A DNA stretch of 64,000 nucleotides from Octopus vulgaris (Eukaryota), in NCBI GenBank assembly GCA_951406725.2, contig OX597818.1, positions 84,382,001-84,446,000 on the forward strand. The letters run 5' to 3'. The position numbers were made by a program, and so were the translations under genes. Of this stretch, positions 12,551 to 25,612 are shown piece after piece; the stretch's first letter is position 1; each line of letters begins with the position of its first letter. Below the pieces are notes generated by a model. That model was not told the origin of the DNA, did not search any database, and was given only the letters and a program-made list of their open reading frames with translations.

Positions 12551-13092
12551 GTAGCATGGTTTCTCTACACCCTCTGGCAATGAAATTAGTCTGTCATGCT
12601 ATGAAGAGATGCAGCTCAGTGCTGTGAGCAACAGTGGAATCATAGTAAAATTGGAATGTTTCAAGTTTTCCGTCCCTTCCATTGGTGTCTTAATCGTTTC
12701 TTAATGGGATATAAACAAAACAATACCGGTTTTCAAACTGTGGTGAGAGACAAACACGACATAAATACAAAGAGATCCCCAAAATACACGCACACGCACG
12801 CACACATCTTTTATCTTTTTCTCGATCCAGTCATGAGACTGCGGTCAGACTGGGGCACCGCCTTGAAGAATTTTAATCGAACGAATCGACCCCACTGATT
12901 TATTTTCGTTTTAAGCCTGATAATTATTTTATCGTTCTTTTTTGCCGAACCGCTAGATAACGGGGACATAAAGACACTGACACCCATCGGTGAGGAACAA
13001 ACACAGACCCAAAGACACAAAGACACAAACACATAGACATATACATACATACATATAAATATATATATATATATATATACATACATATTATG

Positions 13093-13160
<68 letters not shown>

Positions 13161-13173
13161 CATATTATGTCTG

Positions 13174-13213
<40 letters not shown>

Positions 13214-13317
13214 TAGAAAGAGAGAGAGAGGGAAATGGATAGATAGATATGTATATATGCGTGTGTGTGTGTATATATATATATATATTTACACACACAC
13301 ACAGATATATATATATA

Positions 13318-13837
13318 CCGTAAATCCTCGAGTATAATCCGCATTTTCCCCAAAAAATTTAAAGGTCAAAATCCCTAGTACTTATTATATACGAGGTTAA
13401 AAATGAAAATTATTTTCTAAGCAATGTTCGAGTCTCTATTTGTTGTCCGGCAATGTTTATTCAGACGCATTTTGTGAGGTCGGGCGCGAAAATACCTTAA
13501 GCTAAGCCTGAAAGCAATGAAGTCATAAAAGAATCATCCATAACTTGCAGTAAGCAACATTTATCAAAATAAAAGTATTCAGAACACAGAATAACATATA
13601 ACAAAAACAATTTGCAAACATATTTACATTCCTATATAACAGTTAAGGACATCGCAATTATTGTATAACGCATGCGCAGAAGTGTTTTTTCGACTAGGTG
13701 CTACTGGCTTAATTATGCACGACTCAAGTTAGAGAAGGGGTGCGTATTTTACACAAGGTTTAGGTTTTTCAGAGGTACAGCCCCCTAAAAATCCCCTGCG
13801 TATTATACTCAAGGGCGGATTATACTCGAGGATTTAC

Positions 13838-13839
<2 letters not shown>
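13318..13839. mobile_element. Tc1/mariner-superfamily (pogo/Tc2-like) MITE
   Basis: Perfect 25-bp TIRs CCGTAAATCCTCGAGTATAATCCGC / GCGGATTATACTCGAGGATTTACGG, flanked by TA inside (TA)n; no transposase ORF. Confidence 0.9.
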
Positions 13840-13884
<45 letters not shown>

Positions 13885-13931
13885 TGCATATGAAAGACGG
13901 AAGATTGACTATACGAGAATTTATTATTAAT

Positions 13932-14033
13932 GACGATAATTGTTTCGACACATCTAACATTGATCCCTCACGGGTGGGACACTCCACAGCTGGTTCCGGA
14001 GCACCTGGTGATGTAGGTGTATCTCATCGGGTG
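13932..14033 (-). ncRNA. Degenerate hammerhead motif in a Penelope-like relic (about 13885-14260)
   Basis: Minus strand cac-CCGATGA-gatacacct...agatgtgtc-GAAA CAATT ATC-gtc; core has U4C, helix II long, helix III near-palindromic. Confidence 0.5.
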
Positions 14034-15899
14034 ATAAATAGGCTGTCGTTAAAATAACAGTTCCGCAACGTAACTTCTCGTTTTGTAGAAAGAAAATCAG
14101 CCAGACGGAGGAAATACCTTCATTTACATAGAAGATCAAAAATAAAATCACAGGTGGAAAAAAGAGAAACGAACACGCCTTACAGCGAGAAAAGTATTTA
14201 AAATAACCGTTAACAAATATGGGTGTATAAACGCCCTGAGGCAAGATACATGGTGCGAGTACACTCGCTCATAGAAGCATATATATTTTTTTATCGCCAT
14301 TGCAACATGGCTGTTCCGTAGGAACCGACGTTACAACCGTTTTTAGCCCCAGCAGGACGCCTCCTCCAGCTAGTTACCGGTGCAGTCTGCACCTGATAAT
14401 ATATCGCAAGCAGTGGAGCGAACCCCGACTATCTTCTAGCAACGGTGACAGGACCACCAGGCCGTCTGATTTCGAGCTATTTGTGGTCATCCTCAGTGGT
14501 TGGAAAGCGAGCTTTTTAACAGCAAACCCATGCCTGTGCGTATTTACTTCCGATAATACAAATAGGTGTCTTGAGGAAGCAAAAGTTCTTTCTTTCAATT
14601 GCAGCCGAGACCATTCTACGATCGATAAGTGATTCGTTGGTTTTAATGATTGCATTCTGTGAGTTCGAAACCTGTTAAAACTGGGCAACAGCTCGTGTAG
14701 AAAAAAGGAAGTTATGTGGGGTCAACAACAACAATAACAACAATAACAAGGGACCAGTACTGTAATAGCACGAGTGGTCATAGAAAACCAGGTCTGATAT
14801 TGGTTTTGCCATTTCCGCCAACACCATCACGACCACCGCCAAAAGAAAATGATAAGAGTGAGAGAGATAAGGAAGAAATAACGAAGAGAAAATAATAAAG
14901 GAAGAGTGACAGAGAAGAAAAGAAGGAAGGAAGGAAGGAAGGAAGGAAGGAAGGAAGGAAGGAAGGAAGGAAGGAAGGAAGGAAGGAAGGAAGGAAGGAA
15001 GGAGAAATTAATGTGTAAATATACATATCCGTTTTACTTGGCTCAGTCAACCTATCTTCAAAAACAAGTAACCACTCCTATTTCATGGCTGAATAGATCG
15101 TATCGGCGATAGTATTCATTCATCTGTTAAATAAATAAAACGAAACAAACATCAAATAAGGATTGAAATAAAATATAGTTGCTGCAGTGCTTGATAGGCA
15201 AATATAGGGGAGGAGAGAGAGAGAGAGAGAGAGAGAGTAGGAGGTGGAGGGTGAGAGAGAAAAGGTATGAACAAGAAAATAGAGAAGGAGAAGAAGGGGA
15301 AGGAAAAGAAAAACAACTGTTGCATGGGTAAGACAAAGAAAAAGATAAACAGGATTAACAAAGATACACACACAACAAAAAAAAATATACGGAAAAGAAA
15401 AAAAAAACCATGTGAAGGAACGAGAGAAATATTAATCTTGTATCATGTTAAATATTTACGCTTAATAAAATATAATAAAATATAATTTCATGAAAAAAGA
15501 AAAAAAATCTAGTTCAGTTCTGTTGTTTGCATACTCCTCTGCTATGCTTTACATAAACATCGTTCAACTACCCACGTTATATAATCAATATATGTTGTTG
15601 TTGTTGTTGTTACTGCTGTGCTAGCTCTTGTTGTTGTTGATGCTGTTTCTGTTGTTGTTGTTGTTGTTGTTATCATTGGTGGTGGTGGTGGTAGTGTTAT
15701 TCTTCCCCAGATCAACTCTGATAGAGCTATCCTATTGTCAAAGTTGTTCAAGCCGTCACCATCTTGTCCTATAGTATCTGGACATGCTATAATCTAGAAT
15801 TATGGTACCTTATGTACCCTTCCTTTAAATAACAAGTGCGATGAGGAAACGAAAAGATGTGATATGAAGAAAATTTCTTGCAAATAATAGATTTAAGCC

Positions 15900-16950
15900 G
15901 TTGCTTCGTTCAATACAACCACTTGGCCCTTGAATGTGCTTAGAAGAGACTTGTGGCAAACATTCAGCCCAGAATGGTCACGAAAATAACGTCGCTTTTC
16001 CCTCCCGCTAGTGATAAATTGTCAAGGACAATTCAAAAGAAACTTGCGGCTTACTCGATGGTTTATGAAGCAGTGGGGAGGATACCAGAAATGGCAGTGT
16101 TGTAGAGAGGGTATAATAGTGAACGAAAAAATATTTGGTGCCGTTTAGTTGCGTCTGTTTTAACATTTTTGCCATTAATTGATATTGAGGATGATATTTG
16201 CTTTTTATCGACCAGTCAAGTCTGATTGACTTATGGTGGCAGCAGCAACCTTCAAACAAAATACGCGAGTTTTCCGATAAGTACTTTAGCCGAAGAATCT
16301 AAAAAGATGGTTAACAGTTATAAAAGGACTGGCAAATTCAATTTAACCAGGGAAATCTACGGCGCTTGTCTCAACGGGATGTTCTCTCTCCTCTTTCACT
16401 TTTAAGTATTATGTATATGTCATAGCGACAAACGTACTAACCTTTACTTGTCATTTCCATTAACACGTATTAATTATAAACAGTGATTAATTTTCCTTAC
16501 ACTATTTGCATAACCTTATCCAGAAAGTTTATATACACAGCAACGTATAATATATACAATACAAAAAGTTATGATTCCTAACAGTTATGCTCCGTAAACA
16601 ATGCTCCATTTATTTATCGGATGTACATCTATAAATATAACGACGTGGATCAATAAAATATTTTAAAACTCAAATTTTAGTGTGGTCATTGTTTACACAT
16701 GCAACCTGCTTCACATTGCCTAAGAACAATATATAACTATCCTTCCTCTAAATTTCAATGGACGGTGATCAGTTCTCAATGTATGGACAGGATCAGTAGA
16801 ATATATGGTGTGCGCTCCATTGGATATGTATTTTGTAATGTATAAAGTGTTTTAACATGGCTGGGGACAGTACATTCCGTGTTTAGCATATAGTATATAG
16901 TGTACAAACTGCGTCTTTCAACCAGTATGGATAATACATGTATTTAACAG
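15900..16950 (+). mobile_element. Highly degraded LINE RT remnant
   Basis: LLFIDQSSLIDL near 16200 and QRDVLSPL near 16375, in RT motif order; boundaries approximate. Confidence 0.4.
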
Positions 16951-18778
16951 ATAATGTTTAGTATATGAGCGGTCGTTTTGGCATGTAATGAACAATTCTC
17001 CATGTAATATAGCCGGTCGTTTTAAAATGTAATGAGCACCTTACCTCAATTCATAGTGTGTGGTATATTACCTTTGCTATTATCATTGTAGGCAGCAACT
17101 TCGTAAAATAGATAGAGCGTTAGTAAAAATGTTTGGTGGCATTTCTTGCCCCGCTTTTTTTTTTTTTACGTTTGAGTTCAAATCCCGCTGAGTTCAACTT
17201 TCATCTTTCGGTGTATATAAAATAAAGTAACATTTAAGCACTGGATTCGATGTTTTCGAATTACTCCACCTCTAAAATTATTGGCCTTGCACTAAAATTT
17301 CAAACCATTGTTATTTTCCTTTGTAGGTAACAAGCTTGCAAAATAGAGTGTTGGTAAAAATGCTTTGCGATATTTCTCCGTCTCTGTACCGACGTCTTAA
17401 TTTTGCTTTGATCTTTTTGAAGCTGATAAAATAAAATACCACTGAAGAACTTAGTTCGATGATATCAAATGACCCTTTTCCTTAGAACTGCCAAACCTTG
17501 TATCAACATCCGAAATACTTACTCATTTTTTTTATTTAGCCCTAGTTCAACCCTAATCTTCAATCTCTGAAGAAAGGCTTTCTATTCGTGGCTATTTCGC
17601 CTTTATTCAAAACATATTTTTGAGTATATTCACATTTGTTATAGTGCCACCCCTTTCTTAAGACGGTAGGAAGTTATTTGAAGGATATTTGGTTGTCAAT
17701 TCTAGTCAGTCGAGTAACTAAGCAGTAGCTTGGCGTCTCTCATTATAAGCTACAGCAAATTAACATGGACAGAATGCTTTGTGTGAAGGCGAGTGACCAA
17801 ATAATAAAGGTGTTGCAATCACGATCACAAGATCCTGATTTCGATTCCCGGGTTGGGTGGTGTGTTGTATTCTTGAGCAAAACGTTTTATTTCATGTTGC
17901 TCCAGTTTACCCAGTTGCAGATTAGTAACCCTGCGACGAACCGACATACAGATCAGAGGGTCAAGTTGTGATTTCGGTTACTTATACGCCGTAGAAACCG
18001 GACGATAACCAGCTTATTCTAGTATTATGACTCGAAACAGTAATGTCTTCGGGTTGGTGATGTTGATGATGGGGAACAGTGTTTGAGCCGAAGTATAAAG
18101 TATAGCGTATAAGCTTTTATTTCAATGTGATCCACCATTCCGCATGAGTTACTGATGCTGATGGAGAAGTGCTACATAGTTAATAAACTATTGCAAAGCG
18201 TGTTATTTACAGCCGTTTTACAGCAAAATCCCCGGAGAAAAAAAGCTGTGTTAAGGGATTGCTCTTCAGTAGTACACTTGATGTGCGCTGCCGAAAGCTG
18301 CAGTAGCAACGAATGCAGTAGTTGCAGCAGCAACAGCAGCAATTATAGCAATACAGCAGCAGTTACAGCAGTAATGACGACAGCACAGTAATGATTCGAC
18401 TTCAATTGACAGCGGTATTATTTTATAGCAAAGGGCCCTAATTAGATATCTACCCCTTCCCCCTTTCTTTCTCCCTTCTCCTATCGCGCTTTATTTCTCT
18501 TTTTCCTTTTACCTCTTTTCGTTTCTTCTCTCCCTCTTTATCTCTCTTTCACACACTCTGTTTCTCTCTACCAATTGATCTATCTCTCTGTCTATTTGTC
18601 TGTCTGTCTGTCTGTTTATTCAGTTTTTGTTTTATATTCAGTTTTTCGATTTGTATTACATCCTTAATTCTCTTCAACTTACGACTTCTTTCATCTCTTT
18701 CTCTCTCCCCTATCCTTCTCTCTATCTGACTGTCCAACTATCTTACTATCTATCTTTCTATATATCTACTTATCTCAG

Positions 18779-18843
<65 letters not shown>

Positions 18844-18990
18844 CCCTATCTTACTATCTATCACCTTATATATCTATTTATCTTACCATCTATCTATTTA
18901 TCTATTTGTATGTTTGTCTGTTTGTCTGTTTGTCTGTCTATCTATGTATCTGTCTGTCAGTCTGTCAGTTGAATGACTATCCGTCCGTTC

Positions 18991-19023
<33 letters not shown>

Positions 19024-19659
19024 ACTCTCTTTTCATGTCTGTTACTCTTACCTCTCTAACTCTCTTTTCATGTCTGTTCCTCTTACCTCTCTCTCACCCT
19101 CAGACTTAAATTTCTTTCACCAAACCTTCCTCCCCACACACAAAACTCCCATTACTCTAGCTCTTTTCCTATTCGCCCTCCCTCCTCTTTCCCTACACAC
19201 AACCACTTACCCAACCACTCACCCCAAACTTTTACCTCCAGCCTTCATTAAACACCCTAACACCCTAACACCCTAACATCTAACACCTAACAACGATACC
19301 CTCAAACCTCAAACCTCAAACCTTCACATCTCACATTTCACATCAAAATAACCCCAACACATCTCTCCTTTGAGAGAACGCTCGCACCACCCTGCTCTGA
19401 CTTCCCAACCAAACAGATACCAAAACTAAAATTGCAAGGAGATTCAAAGGAGCCAATTAACCTCACGTAGTTATCATTCTGAAATAAAACAGTTGAGTTC
19501 TAATCCTCAAAACCTTCTATCACACAATTACACTTCCATACTTGACTCTAAATAGAACCAAATGCGGAAATATCCTTGTGATAATTGCTAATGTTTTATA
19601 TTATTCATGTAGATTTTACTGCTGCCGCTACAACTGCTGTGACTACCGCTGCTACTACT

Positions 19660-19786
19660 GTTACTCTTCCACCACCACCACCACCATCCCCTTCTTCTCC
19701 TCCTCCTATTACTACTCCTGCTACTTGATGATGATGATGGTGATTATGAGGATGATGGTGGTAATGACGATGTGGTGGTGGTGGTG

Positions 19787-19855
<69 letters not shown>

Positions 19856-20720
19856 CCTGCTGATTGATGGGTGGGATGGGGGCGGTGGTGCTGCTTCTGC
19901 TACCAATGTTGCTACTGTCCGTGGTGTTGCTGTTACTGCCAGCCGGTGTTAATTGTTTCTGCTACTGATGATGACGATGATGATGATCATCATCATCATC
20001 ATTACGATGATAATGGCGACGACGACAGCGACGATAAAGGCCATGAGAATGATGGTAATGATGATGATGATTATGAGGATGCTGATGACAATGATGATGA
20101 CGATTTGGAGGACGAGATAATGGCAATTGTAATGATGATGATGATGACTGATGACTGATGGCGATGAATAATGTTGTTGATGCTGGTGGTGGTGCTACTG
20201 ATGTTGCTGAGGTCCAAAGTTCTTGTGATGATGGTAATGATGAGGATGAGGAGGAAGAGGAAGTTGATGAATAGGAAGAATATGAGGAGGAAGATGGGGA
20301 GAAAGAGGAAGTGGAGGAAGAGAAGGAAGAAGAAGAAGGAAAGAAGGGGTAGAGGAGGAAGAGAAGAGGAGAAGGAAGAAGAGGAGGAGCAAAAGGGGAG
20401 GAGAAGAAGAGGAGTAAGTGAAAGGATGGGAAGAAAAGGAGGAAGGAAGGAAGGAAGGGAGGAAGAAAGAAGAAGAAGAGGAATTAGAAGGAAGAACAAG
20501 AGGAGGAAGTGGTGGTGAAGGAGGGAGGAGGAGAGGACGAAAAGGAGGAGGAAGAGGAGGAGGAAGAAAAAGAAAAAGAAGAAGAGGAAGAAGGAAAAAA
20601 GAGGAAGAAGAAGACGAAGAAGAAGAAGAAGAAGAAGAAGAAGAAGAAGAAGAAGAAGAAGAACAACAACAACAACAACAACAACAACAATAACAACAAG
20701 GAAGAGGAAGAAGAGAAGGA
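19660..20720. repeat. Compound trinucleotide / purine-rich low-complexity tract (GAT, GGT, TAG, GAG, GAA, CAA)
   Basis: Direct reading. Confidence 0.9.
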
Positions 20721-21164
20721 AGAGGAGGATATTGTTGCTACTGTTACTAAAATCATGAGATCAGAAGATTGACAGAAGTAGCAGTTTTTAGCATAAAAAT
20801 ACCTTACGGTATTTAGCTACGCTCCTTTACGTTCTGTAAAAAGTTGGTGAGATAATGGCCAAAGAAGAAAGTGTCTGTGTTCAGCCTTTTCAAGAAGAAG
20901 ACGAAGAAGAAGAAGAAGAAGAAGAAGAAGAAGAAGAAGAAGAAGAACAACAACAACAACAACAACAACAATAACAACAACTACAAGAGGCGGAGGAGGA
21001 TATTGTTGCTACTGTTACTAAAATCATGAGATCAGAAGATTGACAGAAGTAGCAGTTTTTAGCATAAAAATACCTTACGGTATTTAGCTACGCTCCTTTA
21101 CGTTCTGTAAAAAGTTGGTGAGATAATGGCCAAAGAAGAAAGTGTCTGTGTTCAGCCTTTTCAA
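20605..21164 (+). repeat. Tandem duplication of about 280 bp
   Basis: The unique ~170-bp segment GAGGAGGATATTGTTGC...CAGCCTTTTCAA occurs identically at about 20722-20893 and 20994-21164, each preceded by (GAA)n(CAA)n. Confidence 0.9.
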
Positions 21165-21858
21165 CCTGAGGCCAACAAAGAAAGAAACACTAAAAATGAT
21201 AATAATCCTTTCTACTAAAGGCACAAGGCCTCAAACTTTAGAGAAGAGGTCTAGGCGATTAGGTGAGATAGAGAGCAATGCATGCCGTTAAAGTAACATC
21301 GGACGAACTATACAAACACATCTATCACAACCACATCTGCACGACATAGTGATCTCACACATGATAAACATCGCATGTGGCGAAAAATATCCTCGTTTCA
21401 AACAGATAAGAGAATTATTGACCTCCATTTCTGATTAACGGTTCAACACGATGTAAGATGATAATTATACGACGGGCTTCTTTCAGTGTTCTTCTACACA
21501 ATCCACTCAAAGCTTTGGCCAGCCCGATGTTGTAGTAGAAGATACCCACCCAAGGTGTCACGCAGTAGGAGTAAGCCCGGAACCATGTGGTTGGGAAGCA
21601 AACTTCTTACCATATAAACACGTAATTTAAAAAATAAATATTAAGAATATTAGGTTTGTCATGAGCCCTTGGAATTCAACCTAGATTTCATAGTGTTTAC
21701 ATGACTGAAATCACTATAGTCGCCTACGAACAAGACGTTACGCTTTATCATTCGAGCTCAATTTCCAACTGAGCCGACTGGAAGAAAATGTTATGCAACT
21801 AGAACACAAATCACTGCCCAGTCCGGGAATCGAATTCATCATATTATGATAGCATGAT

Positions 21859-21899
<41 letters not shown>

Positions 21900-22958
21900 A
21901 TGTGAGAGTGTGTGTGTGTGCGTGCGTGTGTGTATGTATGCGTGCGCGTAAGTGTGTGTATGTGTGTGTGCGTAAGCGTGTGTGCGTGTGTGTGTATGTA
22001 TGTGTGTGCGTGCGTAAGTGTGTGTGAGTGCGTGTGTGTGAGTGCGTGTGCGTAAGTATTTATGAATTTGTATGCGCGTGTATGCGTGCGTGTGTGTGTG
22101 TGTATGCGTATGTGTGTGTATGTGCATGTGGTTTCTTTTATCCTTTTATTTAAGGTTAATTCTAACCGGCCAAACTGATTAGTAGCAAAGTTTTAAAGGA
22201 AAACATCTTGCTTTGTTCATCACCTTTTAAATCTTCAGGTGTCGTAGATTTTTATCGTCCCAGATATTGTGATCATTTGTTGACATACATACATCCATAC
22301 ACACGTAATTCCTACACATTTTGTCACTCCTATGTATAAGATCTCCTGTTCTACATACGCTATGTATACCCAATAGCAATAAGAAAATAAAACAGTTGTT
22401 GTTGTTGTTGTTTACCATGAGCGAACATGCCTAAACGTGTCTCTCGATGAAGCTGGAATTTTACAGCGATTTTTCTTCATGTGAGAATTTTTTTATGGAT
22501 TATTTTTGCTTAGGGAAGTCTTCAACATTTGTTGTCTCCAATCGTTTACCTTTGAGTAGAAAATATATGATTTGCATATGATATTTATTTTTTTTTTTTT
22601 ATATAATTTCTCAAGATGAGCTTCTTCGTATGGAGGTGAGATAAGAATTGGTTACACAGTACTAAAAAGATATACTCACCAAAACTTTTAATTAAACACT
22701 CAGAAAAGTCAGACTTTGGTACAAGTACTCAATATTGCACCACACAAGAGGACAACATAGCTATACAAAGAGACAGCTCAGATTCTAATACATACAAAGT
22801 ATAGAACACTTCCACCAAGACCGTTCTTAATTGTGTAAATAGTGAAATAAGCAATTCCACTAACTTCAGTAGGCAAAAGTATCTCCTTGGTTGACTCCCG
22901 GAAAATGAAGACGGATAAACACAGACACACAAACATATACATACATACACATATTTAC

Positions 22959-22990
<32 letters not shown>

Positions 22991-23156
22991 ATACGACGGC
23001 CTTCTTTCAGTTTCCGTCGTCCAAATCCACTCACAAGGCTTTGGTCGGCTCGAGGTTATAGTAGAAGTCACTTGCACAAGATACCACGCAATGGGACTGA
23101 ACTCGGAACCGTGTGGTTGGGAAACAAGCTTCTTACCATACAGCCACTCCTGTGCC
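22991..23156 (-). mobile_element. SINE family A, 5' half
   Basis: Reverse complement of the family A head. Confidence 0.8.
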
Positions 23157-23624
23157 TATCTGTATGTTTTAGTCTCAAACATCTTTTCAAATATTAACTA
23201 TAAAAGGAATTAATATAATATAGGTTTCAAATATTGGCACAAGGCCAGCAGTTTCGGAAGTGGGACTATGTCGGCTACATCGACTATAGTACTCAACTGG
23301 TACTTATCTTATCGATCCCAAAAGGATGGAAGGCATAATCGACCTCGGCGGAATTTGAACCCAGAACGTGAAAAATTAATGTAACATTATGATAAACTGC
23401 TCGTTAGCCACATTCACAACAACTGACAATAACATAATTGAATACACTTCAAAATGTGAATAACTAAATAAACAAAATTAAATATGACGGAGATGTACTT
23501 GCATAGCAAGTGACCTGATCTGAGATCGTGTGCTGGAACGAAGACAATTGCAGATTCGAAGGTGTTTATAAGCCATTTAAGAAACACACCAAAAACCGTT
23601 AGATTCACTTCAACGTTTAAATTT

Positions 23625-23680
23625 AATTTGCCAAAATATTTTCGTCGCTTTGAGACTGCGACCTGTTCACTGACAAAATT
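23625..23680 (-). ncRNA. Type I hammerhead ribozyme motif with G3:C8 core variant
   Basis: Minus strand TTGTCA-GTGAACA-g-GTCGC agtctcaaa GCGAC-GAAA ATAT TT-TGGCAA: helix I 6 bp (one GU), helix II 5 bp, palindromic helix III AATATT. Confidence 0.65.
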
Positions 23681-24685
23681 CCGTGCTGTTCAACGTGTTC
23701 ACATATAGTAAGGGTAGTACCATGATAAGTAGTCAGCCGCTTGAAACTAGTATCCGTAACAAGAGTTCTCTGATTAGGTCTATGCAAATTAAAAGGAGGA
23801 CTTGGATTGTAGCAAACGGGCGTTGAAACAGTTTTAGTAAAATAAGAGGCGGCAAACAATGTGTTGGAAGTACTGGTATAGAGATTTTATCGCCGATATC
23901 TGCTGACGTTATGAATATATTTTTGACAATCGAGACTCATGGTCCGCATGCAACAAGAATCATGATGGAGGCATCGTAAATACCGTATTAACAACAGCAT
24001 CCTCTTTCAGTTGTCATAGCACTTCTTTGGGAATGGGATGATCGGGCACAGTTGTTTGGGCGTTAGAGAGTTGACGCGACTTACCGAATATTTAATCTGT
24101 TGCGGCGATAACCTTTTTGAGAATATAAGACTTGACACTGAAGGCAACATACATACATGCACGCGCGCGCAGAAACGTACACAGGGAGGGAAGAGAGAGA
24201 GAGGGAGAGAGAGAGAGAGAAGGGGGTGAGAGAGAGGGGGGAGAGAGAGATTACAATTTATTGAAACCGATTGATATACACACGTTCCCTCTCATACATA
24301 TAAACAGAAATATACTCACACACACAGATATAGATAGATCGATAGATAGATCATACTTACATACGTACATACGTACGTACATATATATATATATACATGC
24401 ATGCATACATACATACGTACATACATACATACATACATACATACATACATACATACATACATACATACATACATACATACATACATACATAGACAGAGAC
24501 AGACACACAGACAGACACACCCAAATAGACAGACAGTCAGACAGAAGGCAGACAGACAGACAGATGAATAGAAGGATAGGTAGACAGACAGACAAATTGA
24601 CAGACAAACAGATAAATAGATAGACAGACAGACAGACAGGCAGACAGACAGACAGACAGATAGACAGACAGACAGACAGGTAGAC

Positions 24686-24767
<82 letters not shown>

Positions 24768-25093
24768 TGATAAGAGAAAAAACTTACAATTTATTACTTG
24801 AGTCTTCTATAAAACAGAAATATTATTACATCCATAAACAGAAAACTGGCTGCAAATTATCTGATGTCAAATAAGTCAGTATCGAATCAGCAACGCCATG
24901 CAGACGGCACCTAAGCGGCTATGCCTAAACGTCTCTTACCTTCCTCTAATGTTTGATAATGGTTTTGGAAAGATACCCGCGCTTCTTCTACCTGTGGCTC
25001 TATTGCCAACCCAGCAGTAGTTCTTTTGAACCCTAGACAGTTTGTTATCCTCTCCTACTCAACAATAAACTAGTTGATATACGTTTCTAGTAG

Positions 25094-25326
25094 GGCGGCG
25101 AGCTGGCAGAATCGTTAGCACGCCGGGCGAAATGCTTAGGGGTATTTCGTCTGCCGCTACGTTCTGAGTTCAAATTCTGCCGAGGTCGACTTTGCCTTTC
25201 ATCCTTTCGGGGTCGATAAATTAAGTACCAGTTATGCACTGAGGTCGATATAATCAACTTAATCCGTTTGTCTGTCCTTGTTTGTCGTCTCTGTGTTTAG
25301 CCCCTTGTGGGTAGTAAAGAAATAGG
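25094..25326 (+). mobile_element. SINE family B, full length with target-site duplication (tRNA head, Nin-domain-like core)
   Basis: TGGCAGAATCG A-box-like and GAGTTCAAATTC B-box; core GGTCGACTTTGCCTTTCATCCTTTCGGGGTCGATAAA; TSD TATACGTTTCTAG at 25078-25090 and 25327-25339. Confidence 0.9.
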
Positions 25327-25567
25327 TATACGTTTCTAGCAGGTATGTGTGAGTGAATTAATGAGTTGTCGTTAATGACACAAATCATGTTCAAATTAAT
25401 GAACGGTCGCTATTCTTTTAACCCTTTCTTTTATTAAATATTTAATTAATTATCTTGTCATTATCTTTTAAATGAACTGAAGTCTCTTAAACATCAGCGG
25501 GTCTTTCGTTGTCGTCGAAGGCAGCATCAGCACCATCGTAGTCGTCGTCTTCGTTGTTGTAGTAATG

Positions 25568-25612
<45 letters not shown>

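Noticed and set aside
12039-12627. Poly-His/Met/Ile/Ser ORFs
   Set aside because: (CAT)n is open in several frames on both strands; no splice or domain support.
19250-19345. Telomere-like CCCTAACA repeats
   Set aside because: Only about three 8-bp units decaying into other motifs; not (CCCTAA)n.
20071-20772. Charged low-complexity ORFs (poly-E/K/R)
   Set aside because: Purine-rich trinucleotide tract artefacts.
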